A stretch of DNA of 64,000 nucleotides from positions 960,001 through 1,024,000 of the forward strand of contig OY762209.1 in assembly GCA_963665295.1 (NCBI GenBank). Reading direction: 5' to 3'. The stretch is from Syntrophorhabdaceae bacterium. GTDB lineage: Bacteria > Desulfobacterota > Syntrophorhabdia > Syntrophorhabdales > Syntrophorhabdaceae. The notes below the pieces were generated by a model that did not search any database, was not told the DNA's origin, and worked only from the letters and a program-made list of their open reading frames with translations. Positions 28,024 to 36,759 of the stretch are shown piece by piece (within the stretch, counting starts at the first letter, position 1; every line of letters starts with the position of its first letter). The translations under genes and the position numbers were made by a program.

Positions 28024-29982
28024 TCAGAAGTAGACATTGAAGGAGCACCTGAACTCCGTTTGGTAGAACTCCCTGGTCCTGCTTCTTGTGAGGCCCACGG
28101 ATATGCTCGAATCCCTGCTCAGGGAAAAGTTCTGGACCAGGGCCGCCTCGAAGAGGTTGAACCGGTCGCCCAGCCCGTAGTATATGTTCCTCCCGTAGAA
28201 GTGGACCTTCCAGGATTCGGTGAGGTTCTTTATCGACCCCATGGAGGCCCCGGCCCCAAGGGCGTAACTTTCGGAGAATGCGCCGCCCACGCCCAGGTCC
28301 GACTCCATCATGAAGTACGAGAGGCCGAGGAGGCTCGTCTCATGGGCAAAACCGCCGCCGGGATTGAGCCGGTATATCAGGTGATCGTTTCCGTCCTCCA
28401 TGATCCTCTGGGTAAGGCCCGTCCTCACCTTCCACGAGATGGGCCTGAAGAAAAGGTCCCGTGGCGCAAGGGAAAGGATGTCGATAAAATCGAGGCTTTC
28501 CAGTTTCACCTTGTTGTCCGAAGAATAGTATCGGACCGCCGTTTCTCCGAATATGATCTGGGCGCCCTTCTGGTATCCTTTCCCGTTATCGATGAGGTCG
28601 TGGTACACGGGGCGGTACCTGATCTCCTGGAAGGGTTTGCCGCCCTTTGATCCGGCCCCGAAGGAAAGACGCCCCGACCCGTGCCCCTCGTCCGGCCTTG
28701 GCGGCTCGGGAAGGACATATTTCTTCTCTTCCGTCTCTCCCAGGGTGCTCCGTGCCTTCAGAATACTCAGGAACCGGCCGAGGTAGTCCTCCTTCGGCAG
28801 TTCCTTTCTTGTGTAAAGGTACTGCAGATAATCGCCGGCCAGGTCGTATATCTCCGCCTGTTCTTTTTTCGGGATCCCCTGTTCCCCCGGCCGCCCGGCT
28901 TCAGCCTTCCCCTTCGCCAGGGAAAGGGCCGTCTCCCGGTCCTTCCGGGTGAGGGGAGCGGCGGCGGCCTCTATCTTCGATGTCTGGGACGGCCTGTAAG
29001 TCACCTCAGTGACCATGCCCTTTTCCTTCACTATTCTGATGGTATCGAGGGGGACGACCCACCAGCCCGTCCTATCCGTCAGATCGAGGGACGGGCGGGC
29101 GGCGTCAAGAAGAAACAAGAGGTCGTAGGAGCAATTCTCATCAAAGAAATAGTAATCGGAATAGATGGAATCGAGCTCGTACACGTGCATAAGGAGCCGC
29201 ACGGTCTCTTCTTTGCTGAGGTTGAGATGGTATTCCCAGATGTCCCTCTTGTCAAAATCGGAGTATTCCTGGATTTTCGCATAGTATGGGAGGATGGAAA
29301 AGTACCCCTTGTAAAGACCGAGAAGCCCCTTCACCGCAAAGAAGGGGCCGAAGGTTTCCGGCGTCGCCGCCGAATAGTTGATCGCGTGGGCGAGGAGCCT
29401 GTTGCCCGGGGCGGTTTCCACGGTGAGAAAAGTATGGCCGAACATGGACGCAGGGCTGTTGATGTGGGCGGCGGGGAAGACAAGCGAAACCGATTCAGGT
29501 CTGATCTCATCAATCAGGTCGGTGAAGTGCCTGCATTCGGGCACGGGCAGTCGGGATGGGTCGAGGCCGAGCCTCTCCCTGAGCCATGCGTACCTGGCCG
29601 TAAACCGGCACACGGCAGGTTTCCCTCCCTCGTCAGGAGCAGTGAAAAAGGCCTTTATGGTGGCGTCCAGCTCGGCCCGGGGGTTGTACTTGCCGTCGGG
29701 AGCAAGGAAAAACAGGGGGTCATCGATGAGACTTCTCGTGCCGAAGAGGCCCTTCTTGTAGTGCAGGAGGGTGTGCCAGTATTTCTCCTCGTGAAGCTCC
29801 TTCTCGTGGGCTTCTTCAAGGATGGATGCGAGGTAGGAGGAGTTGTCCGCCCCCCATGCATAAAGGACGGGGAGAAGAAAAAGGGCGAGGGAGAAAAGAA
29901 GGGAGATACGGAGTCCAGAAATACCCCGTATCTCCCTGGATGATCCTGCTTTGAAGGCTGACGCCTTAACTTGCGGACACAA
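28024..29982 (-). CDS. DUF4105/Lnb-like outer-membrane protein
   Basis: WHTLLHY, CRFTAR, SPASMFGHT, YYFFDENCSY, C-terminal beta-barrel ending in F. Confidence 0.85.
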   Translation of the reverse strand: MCPQVKASAFKAGSSREIRGISGLRISLLFSLALFLLPVLYAWGADNSSYLASILEEAHEKELHEEKYWHTLLHYKKGLFGTRSLIDDPLFFLAPDGKYNPRAELDATIKAFFTAPDEGGKPAVCRFTARYAWLRERLGLDPSRLPVPECRHFTDLIDEIRPESVSLVFPAAHINSPASMFGHTFLTVETAPGNRLLAHAINYSAATPETFGPFFAVKGLLGLYKGYFSILPYYAKIQEYSDFDKRDIWEYHLNLSKEETVRLLMHVYELDSIYSDYYFFDENCSYDLLFLLDAARPSLDLTDRTGWWVVPLDTIRIVKEKGMVTEVTYRPSQTSKIEAAAAPLTRKDRETALSLAKGKAEAGRPGEQGIPKKEQAEIYDLAGDYLQYLYTRKELPKEDYLGRFLSILKARSTLGETEEKKYVLPEPPRPDEGHGSGRLSFGAGSKGGKPFQEIRYRPVYHDLIDNGKGYQKGAQIIFGETAVRYYSSDNKVKLESLDFIDILSLAPRDLFFRPISWKVRTGLTQRIMEDGNDHLIYRLNPGGGFAHETSLLGLSYFMMESDLGVGGAFSESYALGAGASMGSIKNLTESWKVHFYGRNIYYGLGDRFNLFEAALVQNFSLSRDSSISVGLTRSRTREFYQTEFRCSFNVYF

Positions 29983-30433
29983 CCTTCTCTATATTCTTGA
30001 TTACATCGGCGCTGGTCACTGTCTCAGACGTGTAAATGCGGGCGAAATTTGCCTGGAGGGTCGCATTGAACCCTGTGCGTTCCTTTGCGGGGATGCCCGC
30101 GAGGGAAGCGAGGGTGTCTATATATTCGCCCTTGCCTTTCGAAATATCCTTTGCCAGGCTATCCATATTGTCGGCAACGAAGATTTTCAGTTTCTCGTTC
30201 GAAGTAAATTCCCTGTACTGTGTGCAATTCGAGGTCCCCAGGGTTATGCCGAAGGTCTGCGAGCTTAGGCTGGCGTTTGTCGTGACTGCCGACACCTGCG
30301 AAATGAGGCCCTCATTTCCCTCGAAAGCCATGGAGCCGAGGCCGCAGCCGTAATTCCTCTGGTCCGCCAAGGCCGCGCCGCCAAGAGCGGCCACCATAAA
30401 TACGCCGATTAACAAGACTGATAACGTCTTCAC
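29966..30433 (-). CDS. DUF3015-family exported protein
   Basis: GTG start with GGAGG; GCGLGSM, SQTFGITLGTSNC, LAKDISKGKGE. Confidence 0.85.
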   Translation of the reverse strand: MKTLSVLLIGVFMVAALGGAALADQRNYGCGLGSMAFEGNEGLISQVSAVTTNASLSSQTFGITLGTSNCTQYREFTSNEKLKIFVADNMDSLAKDISKGKGEYIDTLASLAGIPAKERTGFNATLQANFARIYTSETVTSADVIKNIEKVVSAS

Positions 30434-30553
30434 TGAGCCACCTCCACGTAGAGTAGTTCCTATGCGCACAGTCTATCTACTCAACCGGAGGAAAGTCAAG
30501 CCAAAATAGCGGCCCCACGGTTTTCTCCGTTGCCCGGTCCCTACACGTGCGGC

Positions 30554-31945
30554 TTACGGGAATGGAGCGTCCCCGTTGTCTTCGAGGTAGTCCCGCTCCA
30601 GGTTCGCAAGCCGGTTCATCAGTTGACCGTAGGCCTTGAAAAGAGCGGGCAATTCCCGAAGCCGGTGCTTGCGCATGAGCCTGATCCTGTTCTTCAGGGA
30701 CCGCGACCGCCGGTAAAGCAGGGCGAACTCCTCATAGAAGTCTTTCAGGGGCAGTTTCGTGGGCAGCAGGGCGTGAAAGAAGTCGAAATAGTCGTAGGAG
30801 GAGGCGACAAGGCTGTCTTTGACATCGTGGTAAAGCTCCGTTCCCGGCAAAGGGGTCAACACCGTGAACCCTATGAAGGGCAGCGAGAGCTGGAGGCAAT
30901 ATTTCCGTAAGTCCCTGAAGTCCTGCCGGTCGAAATCGGGCTGGACGATGAATGTGGGAAATATGTCGATACCGAGCCCCTTGAGCATCTGGATCGCCTT
31001 TCCGTTGTTCTCTACCGTGGACCCCTTGCGAATCTGTTTCAGGTCGCGGTCACGGAAGGATTCGAGTCCCACGAAGACCCGCTCCAGGCCCGCCTCCTTC
31101 CAGCGCTCTATGAGGCCCGGATATTTGACGATGGTATCGCTTCTCCCGTAGAGAAAAAACCGTTTTCCCAGCCCCGCCTGTATTATGAGGTCCGCCAGGT
31201 TTTTCATACGCTCCACGTCGAGGAGGGACTCGTCGTCGGCAAAGAATACATACTTCTCCTTGATGGAAGTCATCTCTTCCACGATGCACTCAGGCTTCCT
31301 GGTGAGATAACGACCCCCCGTCTGTTTCCAGAGGGCGCAGAACCGGCACCTGAAGAGGCATCCCTTGGAGGTGCGGATTGACGCCAGGGGCTTCATCCAT
31401 TCGCTGAAATAGGCGTGTCTGTAATCGGCGGTGAGGTCCCTTCGGGGGAAAGGGGCGAGGTCGAGGTCCGCTGCCTCTTCCCCGTTATCGATGAGGATAT
31501 TGCCGTCACCCAGAGCCACGGCCCCGGAGATATCCTTCATATCCCCCTCCTTCTCCAGGCAGGAAACGATCCCCCTGAAAGGGGAGATGCCGTCACCCGC
31601 TACGATGATGTCGATAAAGGGCGTGGAGAAATCCTCGGGCATTACCGTTGCATGGGGCCCTCCGACCACGGTGAGGACAGACGGGTTATGGGCTTTGACC
31701 TGCCGGAAGAGCCTCTTTACCGTCTCCACGTGCACCGTGTAGGAGGTGATACCCACAATGTCGGGCCTGTATTCATCAAGGACCGGGGCGAGGTCGTGGT
31801 CGATGCGCATGTCGAGGATGCGGATCTCGTGGTCCCCGGACAGGGCAGCGGCAAGGTATTCGAGGGCAAGGGGCTCGAAAATGGAGAAATCCTCACCCCC
31901 GATCGCCTTTTCCGGCTTTGCCGGTTGTATGAGCAATATCTTCAA
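30554..31945 (-). CDS. B12-binding domain radical SAM protein
   Basis: EPLALEYLA, VVGGPHAT, SKGCLFRCRFC, TPLPGT; TTG start overlapping the TetR stop. Confidence 0.92.
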   Translation of the reverse strand: MKILLIQPAKPEKAIGGEDFSIFEPLALEYLAAALSGDHEIRILDMRIDHDLAPVLDEYRPDIVGITSYTVHVETVKRLFRQVKAHNPSVLTVVGGPHATVMPEDFSTPFIDIIVAGDGISPFRGIVSCLEKEGDMKDISGAVALGDGNILIDNGEEAADLDLAPFPRRDLTADYRHAYFSEWMKPLASIRTSKGCLFRCRFCALWKQTGGRYLTRKPECIVEEMTSIKEKYVFFADDESLLDVERMKNLADLIIQAGLGKRFFLYGRSDTIVKYPGLIERWKEAGLERVFVGLESFRDRDLKQIRKGSTVENNGKAIQMLKGLGIDIFPTFIVQPDFDRQDFRDLRKYCLQLSLPFIGFTVLTPLPGTELYHDVKDSLVASSYDYFDFFHALLPTKLPLKDFYEEFALLYRRSRSLKNRIRLMRKHRLRELPALFKAYGQLMNRLANLERDYLEDNGDAPFP

Positions 31946-32550
31946 AGGTCCGTCCTCGCGAGCCCCTTGAGGCAAAGGGCCGCCACGGAAGCGAGCCACT
32001 CCGAAACCGCCTCCACGGTCATGGCCGGGGTACGGAAAAGGGTGGTGAGGGCTCCAAGATAAAGGGAGAAGAGGAAAGCGGCCACCATGACGGGGTCGGC
32101 TTCCCGGCTCATGACGCCCCGGGCCCGCTCCTCCTCCGCCATGGCCGCGATGAACTCCATATATTGGCCGGCCTGTCCCGTCATTCTAGGAGTCTCCTCC
32201 GAAGGCTCGAATATGGTGCTCCGGATAAGGACCCTGTAAAGGTCCCTGTTCCGGTCATAGAACCTGAACATGCCTGTGGACAGATGCATGAAGCGGGCGA
32301 GAAGGCCGGGGCCTTTCGGCATGGACGCCATGAGACCGGACAGGGCGTCTTCGATATCGCCCGCGAGGGCCTCTTCGAGCAACGCGGTCTTGCTCCTGAA
32401 ATGGACTACCACCGAGGCGGCGGATACGCCCGCCCGCGCCGCGATGTCCCTCATGGTGCACTCATCCATGCCCTTTTCGTTGAACAGGTCCCGGGCAGCC
32501 TCCAGTATGAGGCCCCTGGTCTCTATTTTCGATGATTCACGTCGGTTCAT
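31942..32550 (-). CDS. TetR/AcrR family regulator
   Basis: ILEAARDLF...TMRDIAARAGVS...HFRSK. Confidence 0.93.
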   Translation of the reverse strand: MNRRESSKIETRGLILEAARDLFNEKGMDECTMRDIAARAGVSAASVVVHFRSKTALLEEALAGDIEDALSGLMASMPKGPGLLARFMHLSTGMFRFYDRNRDLYRVLIRSTIFEPSEETPRMTGQAGQYMEFIAAMAEEERARGVMSREADPVMVAAFLFSLYLGALTTLFRTPAMTVEAVSEWLASVAALCLKGLARTDL

Positions 32551-32786
32551 TGTTTAGTGTCCATGTTTAGTAATTGAACAAGTTTAATATGGATGCGATA
32601 TTCTGTCAAGGAACATTATCGCCAACTCCTGAATATCTTCATGGGGCAGGGATTGCCTGGTTTCCGGCATGATGGGTGAAATTACTATCGATGACCGGCA
32701 TGGAACCTTATGCCGGGAACCCGCGGACAAGGCCGGGAAGCAAGGAGGGGCGCCCCCTGATTCCCGGCTGCCTGTCATGGAAACTG

Positions 32787-33491
32787 CTATTCTTCCTTGA
32801 GGAGCATTACCTTCACCTTGCCCCTCAGTTCCTCTTCAAAAAGCTCGGCGTTCATCTTTGTGCCGATTATTCTGCCATAATGCATGGGAATGGCGATCTC
32901 CGGCCTGATTTCGAGGGCCGCCTTCGCCGCCTCTCTCGCGGTCATTACATAGGTCCCTGAGACGGGGAGAAAGGCGATGCCGATGTTCCGGAAGGTTTTC
33001 ATCTCGGGGATGTGGTCCGTGTCCCCCGCGAAATAGAGCCGCACGCCTTTCACGGTAATGATATACCCCACGCCCCCCTTCTCTTTGGGGTGATACTTCT
33101 TGTCCACGTTATACGCGGGAACGGCCTCGATGTGAATATTCCCTACATCCATCACGTCTCCCGGTTTTACCGTCTTCACGTCTCCCGTCAGGCTTGGCGC
33201 GCAGCTCGGCGTGGTGATCACCACCGTTTTGGGGCCCTGCAGCTTCTTCACGTCCTCAGGAGAACAATGGTCGAAGTGCTCGTGAGATATGAGTATTATG
33301 TCGGCGGAGTCGCCTTTTTTCAATTTGAAGGGGTCGGTGAATATAACCTTCTCTCCTGTAATCTTGAAAGTATCATGACCGAGCCAGTGGATATCCTTGA
33401 GGAGCGCCCCGGCATCCTCCGCGAAGGAGTTCGCGGCAGCAGCGCTATAGACAAAAAGAACGGCAAGACATACGAGACAGAACCTTTTCAT
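32787..33491 (-). CDS. Exported metallo-beta-lactamase-fold hydrolase
   Basis: Signal peptide, SHEHFDH, AGDT, PMHYG. Confidence 0.92.
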   Translation of the reverse strand: MKRFCLVCLAVLFVYSAAAANSFAEDAGALLKDIHWLGHDTFKITGEKVIFTDPFKLKKGDSADIILISHEHFDHCSPEDVKKLQGPKTVVITTPSCAPSLTGDVKTVKPGDVMDVGNIHIEAVPAYNVDKKYHPKEKGGVGYIITVKGVRLYFAGDTDHIPEMKTFRNIGIAFLPVSGTYVMTAREAAKAALEIRPEIAIPMHYGRIIGTKMNAELFEEELRGKVKVMLLKEE

Positions 33492-33732
33492 TGAACCCTC
33501 CCTGGATTGCGTTTTGGGGGCGATCCGGCGCTACCCATTGCCGCCTCGCCGGCCTGACGTCACCGGATCGCGAGCCCGCCCTCTCAAATGTCCTATACCA
33601 TCGATCCCCGGAAGTTACAAGAACAAAAAAGAGAGGCCGCGGCGGGGATCCGCCCTTGCCTCTTTACGGAAATGGAATTACTTGTTGTAATAGTGGAAGA
33701 TTTCCAACAGGTCTTTTTGCTATAGTGAGACT

Positions 33733-34347
33733 ATGGAGAAACCCTTGGATGATTGTCCGGTGGATTGCGCGGATCAGGAAGACCCATCTCCTTTGACGGA
33801 CGATGTCAGGTGGGCTGCCATGGCGGCCTGCGACAAGACCTATGACGGTCGCTTTGTGGGCGCCGTAAAGACAACGGGGATATGCTGCCGCCCTTCCTGC
33901 ACCGCCAGGAAACCGCTCAGGAAGAACGTCCTCTTTTTCGACACCCTTGCCGACGCCCTGAAGGCCGGTTTTCGCCCCTGCAAAAGATGCCGCCCTGACC
34001 TGCTCGTATACGAGCCGGAGCGGGAGCTCGTTGAAAGGGCCAAGGAGGCTTACGACTTGAACTTCGACGACCCGGAAAGACTGGGCGACGTGATAAAGGG
34101 CCTGAGCGTCAGCCCCAATCACCTGATGCGCCTCTTCAAGCAATACGAAGGCGTCACCCGGAGCCAATACCTTGGCCGGCTGAGGATAACGAAGGCCCGG
34201 GAACTTCTCGACGCGGGGGCAGCGGATATCCTCCAGGTGGCCCTGGACTGCGGTTTTGAGAGCGTGTCGAATTTTTACAAAAGTTTCAAGGAGCAGACCG
34301 GCACGACGCCGGCACGATATCGACGCAAGGGAGGCGCAAGGCAGTGA
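33733..34347 (+). CDS. adaA: Ada/AdaA methylphosphotriester repair and AraC regulator
   Basis: TTGICCRPSC, GFRPCKRCRP, AraC HTH. Confidence 0.92.
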   Translation: MEKPLDDCPVDCADQEDPSPLTDDVRWAAMAACDKTYDGRFVGAVKTTGICCRPSCTARKPLRKNVLFFDTLADALKAGFRPCKRCRPDLLVYEPERELVERAKEAYDLNFDDPERLGDVIKGLSVSPNHLMRLFKQYEGVTRSQYLGRLRITKARELLDAGAADILQVALDCGFESVSNFYKSFKEQTGTTPARYRRKGGARQ

Positions 34348-34814
34348 AGGTATATTATTATTACACGGACATGGGAAAGATAGGCATTGCGGAAGAAGGG
34401 GGCAACATAAGGAACGTCTATTTCGAAACGGACGCCCTTCCCCGGACCGCGGAAATCAGTGAAACCGAGGCTATCAAAGAGGCGTCCCGGCAACTGAGGG
34501 CGTACCTTGCGGGTGGTCTGGAGGAGTTTTCTCTGCCCCTCGCCCCTTCCGGCACGGCATTCCTGCAAAGCGTATGGAGGGCCCTGCGCGCCGTGCCCTA
34601 CGGAGAGACCCGTTCCTACAAGGATATCGCCGCGGCAGTGGGAAATCCGAAGGCCCATCGCGCGGTAGGCCTTGCAAACAACAGAAACCCTATCCCCATC
34701 TTCATCCCGTGCCACAGGATTATCGGCAGCAACGGGAAACTTACCGGCTATCGCGGCGGGCTGCCCCTCAAAAAGCGGCTCCTCGAACTGGAAGAACGGC
34801 GTGGACGTATTTGA
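34344..34814 (+). CDS. ogt: O6-methylguanine-DNA methyltransferase
   Basis: PCHR active site, RAVGLANNRNP. Confidence 0.95.
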   Translation: MKVYYYYTDMGKIGIAEEGGNIRNVYFETDALPRTAEISETEAIKEASRQLRAYLAGGLEEFSLPLAPSGTAFLQSVWRALRAVPYGETRSYKDIAAAVGNPKAHRAVGLANNRNPIPIFIPCHRIIGSNGKLTGYRGGLPLKKRLLELEERRGRI

Positions 34815-35403
34815 ATACGGAGACACCGAAATCGAATACCTGAAAAGACGGGACAAATCCCTCGGCGCGGCGATCGACAGGATCGGTGCGATCAAACGGA
34901 CAATATTGCCCGACCCCTTTCGCTCCCTCGTCATGAGCATGGTAAGCCAGCAGATTTCCCGCAAGGCGGCCAACGCCATATGGCTGAGGCTCGCGGGGCG
35001 GTTCCCGGGATTTGAACCCTCCTCAATAGGGAACGCGGAAATTTCAGACCTCCGGAAGTGTGGCCTCTCCCTCAACAAGGCGGAATATATCAAGGGGATC
35101 GGGGCTGCGGTGATGCGGGGCGAAATTGACTTTTCACGCCTTCGTGAAATGGCGGATGACGAAGTGATAAAGAAGCTGACGGCCTTTCCCGGCATCGGCC
35201 TCTGGACCGCGGAGATGTTCCTCATCTTTTCCTTGAACCGGCCGGACGTGGTAAGCTGGAACGATCTCGCCATACGACGGGGCATGATGAACCTTTACGG
35301 GTTGAAGAAACTGACGAAAGCGCGGTTCGACCGGTACCGCAAACGGTACTCGCCCCATGGTTCCGTGGCGTCCCTCTACCTCTGGGCGCTGTCGGTCATG
35401 TAA
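34801..35403 (+). CDS. alkA: DNA-3-methyladenine glycosylase II (HhH-GPD)
   Basis: GTG start; QQIS, PGIGLWTAEM, DLAIRR. Confidence 0.9.
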   Translation: MDVFEYGDTEIEYLKRRDKSLGAAIDRIGAIKRTILPDPFRSLVMSMVSQQISRKAANAIWLRLAGRFPGFEPSSIGNAEISDLRKCGLSLNKAEYIKGIGAAVMRGEIDFSRLREMADDEVIKKLTAFPGIGLWTAEMFLIFSLNRPDVVSWNDLAIRRGMMNLYGLKKLTKARFDRYRKRYSPHGSVASLYLWALSVM

Positions 35404-35458
35404 CCCACGGGAAGGTTGCGGGGAGGACCGGCCGGGCTTCCCTGCCCGATGACCTCTC

Positions 35459-35920
35459 TCACGTTCCCGGAAGCTGCACCATCACCACCTCGCCCCTTGC
35501 GCAGACCTCGCCCCCCGCAGCCAGGGTTATGGCCACCGTCACCTTTCTCTCTTTGATCTCCATCGCTTTCCCCCTCAACTCGAGGACCTTCCCCATGGGC
35601 GTGGGCTTCAGAAAATCGACCTTCAGCGACGCGGTGACAAACCGGGAAAGGGGGTGATCGTCCGGAGAAAAACCGTCCGCCCTCAATCTGGCCGCCGATG
35701 CGGTGGCAGCGCCGTGACAGTCTATAAGAGAGCTTATAAGCCCCCCATAGACATTCCCGGGGTACCCTCCCGTCTGGTAAGGCCTGGGTGTGTAATGACA
35801 CACGCTTTCCTCGCCGTCCCAATAGCTCTTCAACTGCCAGCCCTGTTCATTGAGCCGCCCGCACCCGTAGCAGTGCGAGAATTCTTCGAGATAGTAATCC
35901 TGAAAGGCTTTCCCTGTCAT
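35459..35920 (-). CDS. PaaI-family thioesterase
   Basis: CYGCG, YGGLISSLIDCH, FVTASLKVDF. Confidence 0.88.
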   Translation of the reverse strand: MTGKAFQDYYLEEFSHCYGCGRLNEQGWQLKSYWDGEESVCHYTPRPYQTGGYPGNVYGGLISSLIDCHGAATASAARLRADGFSPDDHPLSRFVTASLKVDFLKPTPMGKVLELRGKAMEIKERKVTVAITLAAGGEVCARGEVVMVQLPGT

Positions 35921-35946
35921 AGGCCGCTCCTTTTTTAGTATCAGGT

Positions 35947-36759
35947 TTACAGGTACTCTCTCCTCAACTGCTCTATCATTTCATCCGTCAGTTTTTCGGA
36001 TTTTCTCAGCTCCGCGAACTTCGCGAGAAGGTCGTCCACCGTAAGCCGGCCCTTCTCTTCTTTGGAAATGTCGTCGATAATCCTCCCCTGGTGCATCATC
36101 ACGGTGCGGTCGCCCAACTCCAGGGCCTGCTGCATGCTGTGGGTCACCATGAGGGTGGTGAGGTTGCCCCGCTCGATAAAGGTCTTGGTGAGCTTTACGA
36201 TCTGGGCTGCGGATTTGGGGTCGAGGGCGGCCGTGTGCTCGTCCAGGAGGAGCACCTCCGGCTCACGGATTACCGCCATAAGAAGGCTTATGGCCTGCCT
36301 CTGCCCGCCGGAAAGGGTCCCTATGACCGTGCCCAGCCTGTCTTCGAGTTGCATCTCAAGCTCTGTCACGCGGTCCCTGAAGAAGTCGAGGCGCTGCCTG
36401 CTCAAGCCCCTCGTAAGCCGGCGTCTTTGGCCCCTGTGATAGGCAATGAGGAGGTTCTCGGCAATGGTCATGCCCGGAGCCGTTCCCATGAAGGGGTTCT
36501 GAAACACCCGAGCCACAGAATGGGCCCTTTCGAAGTCTTTCCTTTTTGTCACGTCCTCCCCGGCAATGGATATCACACCGGAATCGGGCAGCACCGTTCC
36601 CGCCACCACGTTAAGAAGGGTCGATTTCCCCGATCCGTTCGTGCCTATGAGAGTGACGAATTCGCCCTTCCCGATCCGAAGGCTTACGTCCCTCAGCACA
36701 TAGACCTCGTTTACCGTGTGGGGGTTGAAGGTTTTATGTATATGGTTGAGTTCGATCAT
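35947..36759 (-). CDS. ABC transporter ATPase (putative aromatic amino acid importer type)
   Basis: GTNGSGKS, LSGGQRQ, LLDEHTAALDP. Confidence 0.93.
   Translation of the reverse strand: MIELNHIHKTFNPHTVNEVYVLRDVSLRIGKGEFVTLIGTNGSGKSTLLNVVAGTVLPDSGVISIAGEDVTKRKDFERAHSVARVFQNPFMGTAPGMTIAENLLIAYHRGQRRRLTRGLSRQRLDFFRDRVTELEMQLEDRLGTVIGTLSGGQRQAISLLMAVIREPEVLLLDEHTAALDPKSAAQIVKLTKTFIERGNLTTLMVTHSMQQALELGDRTVMMHQGRIIDDISKEEKGRLTVDDLLAKFAELRKSEKLTDEMIEQLRREYL

Noticed and set aside
32659..32721. GGTTTCCGGCAT...ATGCCGGGAACC hairpin resembling the head of the 210-bp element
   Set aside because: Match limited to ~10 bp with no long stem or 3' motif; could be chance or a terminator
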